64,000 nucleotides of DNA from Candidatus Thorarchaeota archaeon. Its GTDB lineage: Archaea > Asgardarchaeota > Thorarchaeia > Thorarchaeales > Thorarchaeaceae. The position numbers and the translations under genes were made by a program. The first letter of the stretch is position 1, and every line of letters starts with the position of its first letter. Positions 29,448-39,943 of the stretch are shown in pieces. The stretch lies in the NCBI GenBank assembly GCA_016933575.1, contig JAFGAR010000070.1:21755-85754 (forward strand), given 5' to 3'. The notes under the pieces are model-generated. The model made no database searches. It was not told where the DNA came from and worked only from the letters and a program-made list of their open reading frames with translations.

Positions 29448-29957
29448 TTACGTATAGTATGATGGACCTGTTTCGGTTGATTCAACAGGTTTTGCTCCTT
29501 GTTGACCTGTGATATCATTGAGCAATGCAATCACCATGTCAATGGCACTATGGAGTCTTCTTACTGTATTCCATAGTATCTGTTCGGAGAATGCATCATC
29601 ATAGATTCTATCCGAAACAACAAAACCCGGACCCTGTGGTTGAGGTCCTTGTTGTCCAGGTCGTGGTTGGACAAATCCCAGATTGATATTCTGTGTGAAG
29701 CTGAACTTCAATGCATCCATCTGGAACTGACGGAGCTTCTCTGCAGTCAACAATTTCTGGTGTTGCGGTGATATCATGATTTGCGACTCAAACTGGATAT
29801 ACTTCTGATCATTTGGTCGCACAACAGTGAAGAAGAAGCGCATGAACTTGACTTTGTAAAGAAACTCAGCTCTCGGGTTGGAGATACTCTCGACTTTTGT
29901 GCCTTCTCTCGAGAACCATTCTCTTATTGCTTCCTTGTAGTAATCTGAACCTTCCAC
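29448..29957 (-). CDS. DUF2299-like archaeal protein
   Basis: IREWFSREG..V, P.AEF, ISPQHQK, IYDDAFSEQ pattern. Confidence 0.6.
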   Translation of the reverse strand: MEGSDYYKEAIREWFSREGTKVESISNPRAEFLYKVKFMRFFFTVVRPNDQKYIQFESQIMISPQHQKLLTAEKLRQFQMDALKFSFTQNINLGFVQPRPGQQGPQPQGPGFVVSDRIYDDAFSEQILWNTVRRLHSAIDMVIALLNDITGQQGAKPVESTETGPSYYT

Positions 29958-30009
29958 TTGTTGTCCTCCGTCATAATACGATGGAGTGTGTTCTCACTTA
30001 ACGCTTGTG

Positions 30010-30813
30010 CTAGTCGGGAAATCTCTGGACAGTATCATACCCAGTACGTGCCCTATCAAGATAGCAGGTTATCTGTTTCCTCACAGAAGAGAGCATATCC
30101 GTATTTCCTTTTGTATGTATTATCCGTTCTTCGGAGTTACACCTGGTCAATACAAGTCCCCAAGGATCCACAATCTGGCTATGACCAAAATAGATCTTCT
30201 TGTCAAATCCAAGACCTATTCTATTGGCTGCAGCTACATACAATTGATTCTCAATAGCTCGTGCTTGAACTAATGCATTCCAATGAGCACTTCGCGGATC
30301 AGGAAACGCAGCTGATACAACCAGAATCTCTGCCCCTTCGAGTGCGAGCTTTCTTGACACCTCTGGAAATCGGATATCATAGCAGATCTGTACACCGACT
30401 TTGATTCCACCGCAGTCCATCAGGACAATCTTTGTTCCTCCGTCAAACACATCATGTTCTTCTTGAAATGGGTGTATTTTTCTATATGTACCAAGTATCT
30501 CGCCAGATGGTGTCGCTGCAGCTAGAGTGTTGTAGTATCTCTTTTCGCTCTTCTCTATTCCAGTTCCAAATACATAGGCTTCATGTTTTTTGGCAATTCT
30601 AGAAAGGAAATCGCTTGTGGGACCAGGAATCCCTGCGCTTATTCTGTCATAGTCCTCATGACGGAATCCAACTGCAAATAGTTCTGGTAGGACAATAAGG
30701 TTCACGCAATCAGTTGGTCTTAATTCTTTAAGTACCCTCTCTACTGTTTTATAATTCGATTCCCTATCTCCTTCCCTACATGCTATCTGAACAAGAGTAA
30801 TTGTGAATTCCAT
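30010..30813 (-). CDS. carbon-nitrogen hydrolase (nitrilase/omega-amidase family)
   Basis: LPELF, YRKIH, ICYDIRFPE catalytic E-K-C triad; likely start MEFT at 30813. Confidence 0.93.
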   Translation of the reverse strand: MEFTITLVQIACREGDRESNYKTVERVLKELRPTDCVNLIVLPELFAVGFRHEDYDRISAGIPGPTSDFLSRIAKKHEAYVFGTGIEKSEKRYYNTLAAATPSGEILGTYRKIHPFQEEHDVFDGGTKIVLMDCGGIKVGVQICYDIRFPEVSRKLALEGAEILVVSAAFPDPRSAHWNALVQARAIENQLYVAAANRIGLGFDKKIYFGHSQIVDPWGLVLTRCNSEERIIHTKGNTDMLSSVRKQITCYLDRARTGYDTVQRFPD

Positions 30814-31014
30814 TAGTGAATCCTTCTCCTTATGTCTACATCTTTGAATACATTGTTGTTGATAAGCAAACCGCAATTTGGAGGCACTTTCAAATTAACA
30901 ACACACATCATAACGCTTAATTGTACGTCTCTGACTAGCGAGCTTGACGGCTCACAGCGGACGTGTTTCTTGTTGGTAAACGAAGTAAATACCGAGCCAA
31001 AGAGCAGGAAGGAT

Positions 31015-31293
31015 ATGCCAAAGACCTCTTACTCAAAACCCACGATTGGGGCAACGGGTGAGACCGGTAGCTGGCGCACATTTGACCCAGTGGTCAACTA
31101 CGATGAGTGCAACAGATGCCGAACCTGTTGGCTACACTGCCCTGAGGCTGTGATAAGCTTGGACGAGGATGGTACTCCTCACACAGATTATGATTACTGT
31201 AAGGGCTGCGGAATTTGTGCTGCGGTGTGTCCCAAACAGTGCATTGAGATGGTTCGTACTGACGAACGTAAGAGGAGGACTGGTGAAGTATGA
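31015..31293 (+). CDS. porD: 2-oxoacid:ferredoxin oxidoreductase delta subunit (2x[4Fe-4S])
   Basis: TGSWRTFDPV, CNRCRTCWLHCP, DYDYCKGCGICAAVCP; likely start ATG 31015. Confidence 0.9.
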   Translation: MPKTSYSKPTIGATGETGSWRTFDPVVNYDECNRCRTCWLHCPEAVISLDEDGTPHTDYDYCKGCGICAAVCPKQCIEMVRTDERKRRTGEV

Positions 31294-32468
31294 AGACTGA
31301 ACTTATGAGTGCTAATTATGCAGCGGCACGATCTGCGGTTTCCGCTCGGGTTGAAGTTGTAGCTGCATATCCTATTACACCAGCTACAACAGTACCTGAG
31401 CAGATTGCATTGCTGAACGAAAAAGGCATCTTCAAAGGTCAATTTATTCGGGTCGAGTCTGAACATTCCGCAATGTTCGCTTGTATCGGTGCCAGTTCTA
31501 CTGGTGCGAGAGCTTTCACTGCGACATCATCCAATGGACTCTTACTAATGGATGAAGCTCTACACTGGGCAGCAGCAGCTCGCCTTCCTATTGTCTTGAA
31601 CAACGTTAATCGTTCAGTATCACCAAGTTGGAACATTCATGTGACCCATGATGATTCTTATTCAAAACGCGATACAGGCTGGATTCAATTCTACGTTTCA
31701 AGCGTGGATGAGTTGTATCACACGATTATTCAATCTTTCAAACTTGCTGAGGATGAACGTGTTTTGATGCCTGTGATGGTGAACGCTGACGGGTTTGTAC
31801 TTAGCCATACATTATCTACCTTCGATTACTTGGAGCCAGAAGAGGTTGACAAGTTCCTTCCTCCCTATTCACCACCGCATTGGGTCATGGATCCTAAGAA
31901 CCCAGTCTCTCATGGTAACATTGTCTTCCCTGAATATTATCAGGAGTTTAGATACATGATGCATGAAGGGACACTGAATGCTTTGAAGGTCTATGAAGAG
32001 GTTGAGAAGGACTACAGGAAACATTTTGGGAAATACTTTGGCGGTCCCATTGATTGCTACAAGTGCGACGATGCTGAAGTAGTGTTTACATCTCAAGGAT
32101 CAATGGCTGCTGAGGCTAAGGATGCAATAGATGAGCTCCGAAAAGAAGGCTACAAAGTTGGCAATGCGCGAGTTAGAATGATGCGTCCGTTCCCAGTTGA
32201 AAAGATCCGTGAACTTGGTAGCCGCGTCAAAGCATTTGCTAGCTTTGACCGAGGTGTTTCATATGGCTTTGGAGGACCAGTAGCCAATGACATTCGTGCA
32301 TCAATGTATCATACTGATTATCGTCCAATGATCAAGAGCTATATTGGAGGTCTTGGTGGTAGGGACATGACTGTGCCTGACATTAAAGCTGTAATTTTGG
32401 ATACATTCAATGCTGTAGAGAGCGGCAAGTTGGGTCCTGAGGAGACCTGGCATAATTTGATGGAGTGA
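31290..32468 (+). CDS. porA: 2-oxoacid:ferredoxin oxidoreductase alpha subunit
   Basis: AYPITP, VESEHSA, ATSSNGL, GLGGRD motifs; substrate specificity not determinable. Confidence 0.92.
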   Translation: MKTELMSANYAAARSAVSARVEVVAAYPITPATTVPEQIALLNEKGIFKGQFIRVESEHSAMFACIGASSTGARAFTATSSNGLLLMDEALHWAAAARLPIVLNNVNRSVSPSWNIHVTHDDSYSKRDTGWIQFYVSSVDELYHTIIQSFKLAEDERVLMPVMVNADGFVLSHTLSTFDYLEPEEVDKFLPPYSPPHWVMDPKNPVSHGNIVFPEYYQEFRYMMHEGTLNALKVYEEVEKDYRKHFGKYFGGPIDCYKCDDAEVVFTSQGSMAAEAKDAIDELRKEGYKVGNARVRMMRPFPVEKIRELGSRVKAFASFDRGVSYGFGGPVANDIRASMYHTDYRPMIKSYIGGLGGRDMTVPDIKAVILDTFNAVESGKLGPEETWHNLME

Positions 32469-33379
32469 TAAAAATGGTAGCAACAAGAGAAATGCCACTC
32501 AAGGAATACGTACTGAAAGGTAATGCTGCATGTGCAGGCTGCCAAGATATGGTTGCCTTGCGTCACGCTCACAAGGCTCTGGAAGGAGATGTGATTCAAG
32601 TTGTTCCCGCATGTTGTACCAGTGTTGTTCAATCACTCTGGCCAAAAAGCGGACTTGCAATACCTGTTCTCAATACCGCATTCATGGCTGCAGCAGCTAC
32701 CGCCTCTGGGGTGAAAGCTGCATTGAAAGCAAAAGGGAATGATCATACCATGGTAATGGTCTGGGCTGGCGATGGAGGTACCTTTGACATAGGTATCCAA
32801 GCTTTAAGCGGTGCCTTTGAACGACGAACTAATTTTCTGTATATCTGCTACAACAACCAGGTGTACAGCAATACTGGTACGCAACGTTCTGGTGCAACAC
32901 CCCTTCATGCTCAAACAACAACAACTTGGTTCGGTAAGACTGAGCCTGAAAAGTTGTTGGATCTCATAGTAGCAGCTCATGAACCTGTGTATCAGTTCAC
33001 AGCAAATACTGCATATCCTCGAGACCTCTATGATAAATTCAGAAAGGCTCGTGATTTTACTGGTCCAAAATTTGGCCATATCTTCTTACCATGTCCTCAA
33101 GCGTGGAATTATCCAGTCGAAAAAGGTGTGGAGATAGGTAAACTTGCAGTAGAAACTGGATATTGGATTCAATGGGAGCGAATCGGTAACGAATTCACTC
33201 TAGGTCGAGAAAGTAAGAGATTCGAAGATCCCGAGAAACGAAAACCAATCGACGAATTTCTGAAATTGCAGGGTAGATTCTCACACCTGTATAAACCTAC
33301 CCGAGATGATAGGAAGATCAAGGAAATAGAAGAATTCATTCAGCATCGTTGGGATGTTGTAATGAAGACTCTTGCATAG
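32465..33379 (+). CDS. porB: 2-oxoacid:ferredoxin oxidoreductase beta subunit (TPP-binding)
   Basis: ACAGC, GDGGTFDIG, YNNQVYSNTG.QRS, PCP motifs. Confidence 0.92.
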   Translation: MIKMVATREMPLKEYVLKGNAACAGCQDMVALRHAHKALEGDVIQVVPACCTSVVQSLWPKSGLAIPVLNTAFMAAAATASGVKAALKAKGNDHTMVMVWAGDGGTFDIGIQALSGAFERRTNFLYICYNNQVYSNTGTQRSGATPLHAQTTTTWFGKTEPEKLLDLIVAAHEPVYQFTANTAYPRDLYDKFRKARDFTGPKFGHIFLPCPQAWNYPVEKGVEIGKLAVETGYWIQWERIGNEFTLGRESKRFEDPEKRKPIDEFLKLQGRFSHLYKPTRDDRKIKEIEEFIQHRWDVVMKTLA

Positions 33380-33404
33380 ACTCACATTACACATCTGTTG
33401 CAAT

Positions 33405-33448
33405 GGTTCTGTAGTTAATCGCTATGGAACCCTTCCCTCTCTTTTTTT
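33405..33448 (+). terminator. hairpin plus T-tract after porB
   Basis: GGTTCTGTAGT/GCTATGGAACC stem with G-U pairs on the + strand, followed by CTTCCCTCTCTTTTTTT. Confidence 0.6.
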
Positions 33449-33457
33449 AGAGAATAT

Positions 33458-34981
33458 CTATTTGCGGGACTGTAGAACTAAGTATACGACTCCTCCAGAG
33501 AAGGCTGAAACGATTCTTCTCATTCTATATTGATCGCCAAGGCTATCAATCTCACCTTGTGAGATCTTGGCTCGTGCAACTTCTTCAGCTATGAATCTCG
33601 AGACCCATGGTAAATCTACTAAGGCAGACCCAATTCCTGTAAGCTCAAGAATTCGAAATGAAGTCTCAAAACAGAGTTCCTCTGTGAATTTATCAACTTG
33701 ATTTCCAAGGGTTTCAGTGTGTTTTTCAATCAAATCAGATATGGCATTGAAAGCTTCAACGATTTCTTCGATTAATTCTTCTGAAGATATCGTATCGGTC
33801 TTGGATTCTCCAAGATGTTGTTTAAGATTTGTAAGAACAACTCGAAATCGCCTCTCTGGGGATATGTGAGGCTTTTCACCAATGCGTGCACGTCGTTTAC
33901 AATCTGTGAATTCTTCATAGAGCATTAGTGCTCTGTCATCGGACTCTTTTACGGCATTTGTGATTTCGATATTCTCGCCATTCAATAGATTGATGAATGC
34001 ATCAAGTTCCTCATTCTTTCCCTTTCCAAACCGACTTCTAAGTAAGTCATTATAGTAATCTGTAATCTTCTTCACTAGGAATGATAGATAATCCCATTCA
34101 GTCCAAGACTCTGTTATTCCCTGACTCTGTGTCGTATAAAGTGAACAAGTAGTCATTTGTGATGCTGCTCTTCGTAGAACATCGAGAGTTGCTATCAGTC
34201 TTGTGAAAACCCTAGCTGTTCCAACTAATGGCCAATCAAATGGTTTGCTTGAACCGCTGCCTGCAATTTGATATGTAAGCGACGTTTGTGCATGCATTGC
34301 AATGATATACAATGTTGTTTCTTCGACAAGTTTTGAATCCTGAAGACTAAAGACTAAATCAAGATCGAACGGGAAATCGCAAGCTTTCATTAAAATGAGC
34401 GAAACTAAAGATCTCAATCGGATTGTTCTAATTGTTTCATCAATAGAGAGACCCCTGACAATACCTGAAATATCGAAGAATTCGTCACTAATCCCCCGAT
34501 TTACAAGCTCCAAGGAAATAAATCGGCTAAGATCTGCTCTTGATTCGTCAGAGCGAAGAAGATAGTCGACTAGAATTTCTATATGCTGTTTTTCAATCTC
34601 ACTTGGCAGTGTTGTTGGACTTATCGATACTTTGGGTAGAATCATCAACCACAACATAGCAAGTGCATTTCGTTTTCCGGTAAGAATCGCTTGTTCTCCT
34701 GTTTCAAGTGTTTCACTTACCTGTCTGAATCCAACCCAACTTGGAATTGCCATTAAGAATTCAACAATATCGTCATTGTCCAGAGCCTTGTATAGGATAT
34801 GTTTCTTCACTAAATTAAGAATCTCGAATGGATTTGTCATGACTTCTGAAAAACCTACAATCTGCAATTCTTCTCTTATCTCGAGTGCATCTTTCTTTTG
34901 CCAATCTGCGAGCACCCGATAGATATAGCTTTGATGAAGGTTACTCACGATGGATTTAGCAATCGCTGCAAGTTCGTTCAA
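33458..34981 (-). CDS. hypothetical alpha-helical protein
   Basis: 507-aa ORF overlapping the stop of the upstream gene; no recognised motif. Confidence 0.75.
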   Translation of the reverse strand: MNELAAIAKSIVSNLHQSYIYRVLADWQKKDALEIREELQIVGFSEVMTNPFEILNLVKKHILYKALDNDDIVEFLMAIPSWVGFRQVSETLETGEQAILTGKRNALAMLWLMILPKVSISPTTLPSEIEKQHIEILVDYLLRSDESRADLSRFISLELVNRGISDEFFDISGIVRGLSIDETIRTIRLRSLVSLILMKACDFPFDLDLVFSLQDSKLVEETTLYIIAMHAQTSLTYQIAGSGSSKPFDWPLVGTARVFTRLIATLDVLRRAASQMTTCSLYTTQSQGITESWTEWDYLSFLVKKITDYYNDLLRSRFGKGKNEELDAFINLLNGENIEITNAVKESDDRALMLYEEFTDCKRRARIGEKPHISPERRFRVVLTNLKQHLGESKTDTISSEELIEEIVEAFNAISDLIEKHTETLGNQVDKFTEELCFETSFRILELTGIGSALVDLPWVSRFIAEEVARAKISQGEIDSLGDQYRMRRIVSAFSGGVVYLVLQSRK

Positions 34982-36096
34982 GAGGATGCCTCCTTAGATA
35001 ATATGTCGAGAACATTCTCTTGAGTGGTACTCCCCTCTAGACCAATCTCTATGAAATGGAGCATCTCCATTATTGCTCCTTCCACATTTGTTTCTATTCC
35101 AGAACCCATAAGTTTAGTGAATGTGAGTTTGTTTAGTTGAACTTCTGTATCCACTTCAAGGGGGCATGAGATTCCTGATTCGGTGCCAAGATCAAGGACA
35201 CCATCAAGCCCTCTATATTCAACCTCTATCACAGTACCATATGGATGTTTCCTATTTCTAAGGTAAATTCGTCTACGTGGATTCAATCCAAAGAAATCAA
35301 TATCATCCAATAGCTTGACAAGTCTTGTTCTTAGGAAGGAGCTAGCTGCATATGCCTTCATCAGGTTCCCGTATGGTATTTGCTCGGAGATTCGTCGTGC
35401 CAGTTCTATCTCTTGACTGTAGTTCACATCTTTTTTGGATATGCCAGTATCTCTCAGGAAATCTTGAAAGTGAAAGGTCCCAAGATTTTTGAAATCAATT
35501 TGAATCGACATCTTACCACCTTTCTGACCCCGTACAAATCCCTTTGTTACATCAAGCGTTCGGACATCTTCAGGTCGAAAACTAGAAAGTGTCATTCCAA
35601 ATTTCTCGTTCTGAATGACTTCTATTAGAACTGCATCTACGGATGTTTGTTGTGTCGAGCAATAAAATAGTCCTGGAATAAAGGCATAGAGATTCTGATC
35701 ATCTAGACTTGCTGCAAGACTATCAGTAAGGATAGATGAATAAGAGGGATCGATATGTAGTCCTTCTTCTTGTTTTCCTGCTGACGCAATCAGAGCATCT
35801 TCTCTGTGTTTGTAGATATCCGATAATAAAGCATCACTTACGTCAGAAAGAGCATCAGTAAATTTCAGGGGATCATCGAGGTTTGAACTAGCTGTTAAAT
35901 CTGAAGTAGCCTTTCCTCCAATCAAAAGACTATCACTCGGTTCTTTGATATCAATTGCATTTTGTAATGATGGCATCGAATATCCGACACCATTGAAATA
36001 ATCAGGAACTGATATCCCGATAAGCCATTCATCTTCAGGAAGTACACTCTCTTGTATCTCAATCAATCTGAGTCGTTTCTTCCTGTTCGTTGTCAA
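34978..36096 (-). CDS. hypothetical protein
   Basis: 372-aa ORF coupled to 33458-34981. Confidence 0.75.
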   Translation of the reverse strand: MTTNRKKRLRLIEIQESVLPEDEWLIGISVPDYFNGVGYSMPSLQNAIDIKEPSDSLLIGGKATSDLTASSNLDDPLKFTDALSDVSDALLSDIYKHREDALIASAGKQEEGLHIDPSYSSILTDSLAASLDDQNLYAFIPGLFYCSTQQTSVDAVLIEVIQNEKFGMTLSSFRPEDVRTLDVTKGFVRGQKGGKMSIQIDFKNLGTFHFQDFLRDTGISKKDVNYSQEIELARRISEQIPYGNLMKAYAASSFLRTRLVKLLDDIDFFGLNPRRRIYLRNRKHPYGTVIEVEYRGLDGVLDLGTESGISCPLEVDTEVQLNKLTFTKLMGSGIETNVEGAIMEMLHFIEIGLEGSTTQENVLDILSKEASS

Positions 36097-36146
36097 CTAC
36101 GCGCACCAGTCCCACTCTTCGGCAAGTACCATTTAGTTTTGAATCT

Positions 36147-37976
36147 TTATCGAGTGTATCTATATCCTGTTTTTTTCTTCCAAAGAATGACTGCTGCTCC
36201 AAGAAGAAATCCTATTCCACTCATTATTGGAATTACATATCTCTCCAAACGAAGCTCTGCAACAAGCGGATTTGTTCCCTCTAAGTACTCTCTTAGATTT
36301 GATACTTGATCGTTATCCGGGTCCTCTTGAGAATCATCGGTACCTGGGTCAAGTCCATTCTGAACTTCCCACAGGTCTGGTATGGTATCCTGATCAGAGT
36401 CAAGTGAAAACGGATTGGAATTCGCCAGATACTCCTGAAGATTCGTCAATGTATCGCCGTCTTCGTCATTGAGGGCATCGGTTGGGTCTAAAGGATTAAG
36501 GTGGTATTGCAACTCCCAATTATCTGGAATCATATCTTGGTCTGAATCACTATTTGTCCATGATGTTCCTAGTATCATTTCTTCTGCATCGGAGATTGTA
36601 TCAGAATCACTATCAATTGAGAAATACTCTTGACCAATCCAGAATTCTTCACTATCCGATACCATATTACCATCTATGTCTGATTCATATTCGCAAGACA
36701 TCTCAAAACCGGTACTTGTTCCTCCCTGATTGTATATTTGAATACGATATATTCCATTAGACATCAAATACTGCTGGAGAACCACAGTTGGTTCCCAAGG
36801 GGAACCATGATTATACTCAACTTCTTTCAGGAGGATATTATCTGGATCATAAATAGCAAAGGTTGCGGATCCCCCATACCACCTGCAGGAGACATTAACG
36901 GTTGTTGGGTTGGTATTGACAAGGTAGTAATTTCTTTGAGCTCCAGGAATTATTACTGACTTTCTCTCTCCTATGGTATTCTGATTGTATGCTCTTGCCA
37001 TCGTAAATGCGATGCTTGCCCCAATTGATTTGACTCCCTCAATTGCTACATTGTAATCATAATTAGGATTATCCCAGACATCATTCGCAGTATGGTAGGC
37101 TCCATCAATGTTGAAGCCACTCTCATGAGCGAAGAGAGATCTTTCAAATCCCTGAATTATAAACGAGTAATGGTCCGAAGCAGTCCATCCAGGAAAGTCG
37201 CTTTCGCTGACTGGTTCAATCATATCCTGTCCAAAATTCTTGCTCATTGCACATGGTAGGTCTGCCCAGTACTTGCCATTATGATATGCTGCAAACGGAT
37301 ATGCCATCAATACAGTAGCATCATGTGGTGAGGGAACAAGTAACATATCGATATTATAGTGAACGAGGAGTTCTACATCTCTGTCATCAAGAATTTCAGC
37401 GACTTCATTTGATCCCCTCAATCCAATCTCTTCCGCGTTCCATGCACCAAAGTAAATATCGAGAGGCCATTGATACTGTGAAAGAACACGAGCTAGCTCA
37501 AGCATAGTAGCTACTCCAGAGCCATCATCATTTGCTCCAGGACCTTCTATTACGCTATCAAAATGCCCTCCAACAAGAAAAGCGGGAGCATCAATGGGAA
37601 GGTATCCGGGAAGTCTACCAAGAACAGACTGATAGTCCCCAAGGATTTCGACCTCGATTCTTCCATTTGACACTCTATACATCTCCTGAGCAATCCAGTT
37701 CTTCGCAGCAATATTGGCATCGCTCATTGTATTTGGTGACAATATCCATCTTGAACCATTCTCAGTAAGCTTGATAATATAGTTCTGAAAAGAAGTCTTG
37801 GAGATGGATTCAAAGATTATCTCTGAGTAATCCTCTCCATAGACTCTATTTGCTATCAGTGATTGTATCACCTGTGGAGTGTGTACATTTTGTTTTGCCA
37901 CTGAGATTGCTGTGACTCCGGTCTGTGAGGTCAAGAGAGTGAAACAGATGATTACTGTTAATATGAGTCGCCTCAT
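36147..37976 (-). CDS. membrane-anchored M28 aminopeptidase with TSP3-like Ca-binding repeats
   Basis: signal peptide; GHFDS, GANDDGSG, AEEIGLRGS, NIDM, YHT complete zinc ligands; DSD.D...D..E repeats; C-terminal TM. Confidence 0.9.
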   Translation of the reverse strand: MRRLILTVIICFTLLTSQTGVTAISVAKQNVHTPQVIQSLIANRVYGEDYSEIIFESISKTSFQNYIIKLTENGSRWILSPNTMSDANIAAKNWIAQEMYRVSNGRIEVEILGDYQSVLGRLPGYLPIDAPAFLVGGHFDSVIEGPGANDDGSGVATMLELARVLSQYQWPLDIYFGAWNAEEIGLRGSNEVAEILDDRDVELLVHYNIDMLLVPSPHDATVLMAYPFAAYHNGKYWADLPCAMSKNFGQDMIEPVSESDFPGWTASDHYSFIIQGFERSLFAHESGFNIDGAYHTANDVWDNPNYDYNVAIEGVKSIGASIAFTMARAYNQNTIGERKSVIIPGAQRNYYLVNTNPTTVNVSCRWYGGSATFAIYDPDNILLKEVEYNHGSPWEPTVVLQQYLMSNGIYRIQIYNQGGTSTGFEMSCEYESDIDGNMVSDSEEFWIGQEYFSIDSDSDTISDAEEMILGTSWTNSDSDQDMIPDNWELQYHLNPLDPTDALNDEDGDTLTNLQEYLANSNPFSLDSDQDTIPDLWEVQNGLDPGTDDSQEDPDNDQVSNLREYLEGTNPLVAELRLERYVIPIMSGIGFLLGAAVILWKKKTGYRYTR

Positions 37977-37988
37977 AGTTTTTCCTCA

Positions 37989-39857
37989 TTATTCCTTAGA
38001 ATTCTTTAATCTTCGAATATAAAGAAACACTACGATAGGCGCAATGACAACAATCGGTGATATTGTCAGTAAAATCTGCATGGAATTATATTCTAGGGCA
38101 TAAGGATTCGTTCCATCTAAGTACTCTTGGAGATTGCTCTTTCCATCTACGTCAGGATCGAGTTCAGCATCATTGATCAGTGGATTAAGGCCATTTTCAA
38201 GCTCCCATAAGTCTGGTATCATATCGGAATCTGAATCTTCGGAGTATGGATTAGTTCCAACTGAGTATTCTTGAGCATTGCTCAAGCCATCTTCATCAAC
38301 ATCGAGACTTCCATCAGCGGGATCTGTTGGATTGAAACCCCAATCGACTTCATACTTATCATCCATGATATCAAGATCAGAGTCAGTAAGAGTAACATCA
38401 GTACCTAGGAATATTTCTTCTGCGTCGGACAGACCATCGTTATCTTGATCTAAATTGAAATATGCCTGATTCAACCAATACTCTTGACTATCAAGCACGT
38501 TATTTCCATCGATATCAGACTCAAAGGTCATTGAGATCTCGTAGCCTATTGAATTATAATAGGCGTTTTCAATAACGAATGCGTAAAGTCCATTGCTGGT
38601 CACTTGGGTGTTAAAGACATCTGTTGGAAACCACGCTGAAGTATGATTATATAATGCACTATCAATAATATTGAGGTTTGGATCATAGAGATAGAAGTTG
38701 GCAGGTCCTCCGAACCATCTTACACTGATATTGACTGAAGTAGGCGTTGTTACAGGAATGTAATAATACGCAATTCTTCCAGAACGTACCGTGTCTTCGA
38801 ATACTAGGGCATTGGGCTCTCCATATCGGCGGCTCATCGTATAAGCTAAGATTGCGGCAATTGTTCCCCCTGTTTCCTGCGCAAGTATGTAGTCGTACTC
38901 AACATTGTTCCATCTATCGTTTGATGTTAAGTAATTTCCATCAACACTACGTCCCGATTCAAAGGCACAAACAATGTTAGTATATCCTTCAGCGACGAAA
39001 GAGTAATGATCTGATCCTGTCCAAAGGAAGAAGGAGTTTGATGCAATTGGTACAAATGCTCCCATTCCATAATTTTGACTAATTGCTCGTGTGAGATCGC
39101 CCCAATATTGTCCCTCATGATATTGCGAAGTTGCTCCTTCGAGATACCCTATCTGAATATATTCATCTCGCGGGAGGGCAAGGTTGGGCACAAGAATCGA
39201 ATCAATATTGTATAAGGTAAGAATATCTATTTCTCTATCGACAAATTCCTCAGCGACTTCCTGACTTCCTCTCCTGACAGGGACTGAACTGTCACTCAGA
39301 AGATCATAGACATAGAGCGCGTTGAATGCAATGAAATAGATATCAAGTGGCCAATCATAAAATGAAAATATCCTTGCGAGTTCCAGCATAACTGCAATAC
39401 CAACGCCATCGGAATTCGCCCCAGGCGAATTCGGTACTGCGTCATAATGAGCTGAGATAACAAATACCGGATTGTTACCTGGCAAGTAGCCTGCTAATCT
39501 GCCTACGACATTCTTGTAGTCACCAATTATTTCAATCTCTATTTTACCTCTAGTTTTTTGATATAACTCTTGAATGATATAGTTTCGTAGATACATATTT
39601 GCTCCTACGTTCACATCGCCTAGCTCTTGCACATCCCTTGAACCATTCTCTGTTAATTTTTGGACAAGTGATTCAATAGTGGAGGAACTGAGTTGTTGAT
39701 AGAGTTCTTCTGCAATATTCTTGCCATAAATACGGTTTCCCACAGATTCTGGAGAAGCTGAAGGACTAGCAGCATCAATTGGCACTTCATTGGCAGTACT
39801 ATTTAATGGACTGATTAAAATCAAGCCAAGTATGATAATGGGCCATAGATGCTTCAT
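37989..39857 (-). CDS. M28-like paralog with TSP3-like repeats, predicted catalytically inactive
   Basis: same architecture but GANSDG, FNALY (no EE) and NYLT (no His). Confidence 0.85.
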   Translation of the reverse strand: MKHLWPIIILGLILISPLNSTANEVPIDAASPSASPESVGNRIYGKNIAEELYQQLSSSTIESLVQKLTENGSRDVQELGDVNVGANMYLRNYIIQELYQKTRGKIEIEIIGDYKNVVGRLAGYLPGNNPVFVISAHYDAVPNSPGANSDGVGIAVMLELARIFSFYDWPLDIYFIAFNALYVYDLLSDSSVPVRRGSQEVAEEFVDREIDILTLYNIDSILVPNLALPRDEYIQIGYLEGATSQYHEGQYWGDLTRAISQNYGMGAFVPIASNSFFLWTGSDHYSFVAEGYTNIVCAFESGRSVDGNYLTSNDRWNNVEYDYILAQETGGTIAAILAYTMSRRYGEPNALVFEDTVRSGRIAYYYIPVTTPTSVNISVRWFGGPANFYLYDPNLNIIDSALYNHTSAWFPTDVFNTQVTSNGLYAFVIENAYYNSIGYEISMTFESDIDGNNVLDSQEYWLNQAYFNLDQDNDGLSDAEEIFLGTDVTLTDSDLDIMDDKYEVDWGFNPTDPADGSLDVDEDGLSNAQEYSVGTNPYSEDSDSDMIPDLWELENGLNPLINDAELDPDVDGKSNLQEYLDGTNPYALEYNSMQILLTISPIVVIAPIVVFLYIRRLKNSKE

Positions 39858-39943
39858 GATTTTTCACCGAGCAATGCTATTGAATAAGGTATTCCTAGCA
39901 GCAATTGTGACTATGTATTTCAGACACTTTTATACACAATTAG

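Noticed and set aside
30832-31014. N-terminal extension of PorD as a remnant gamma subunit
   Set aside because: There are no gamma motifs; it is probably the divergent promoter region read in frame.
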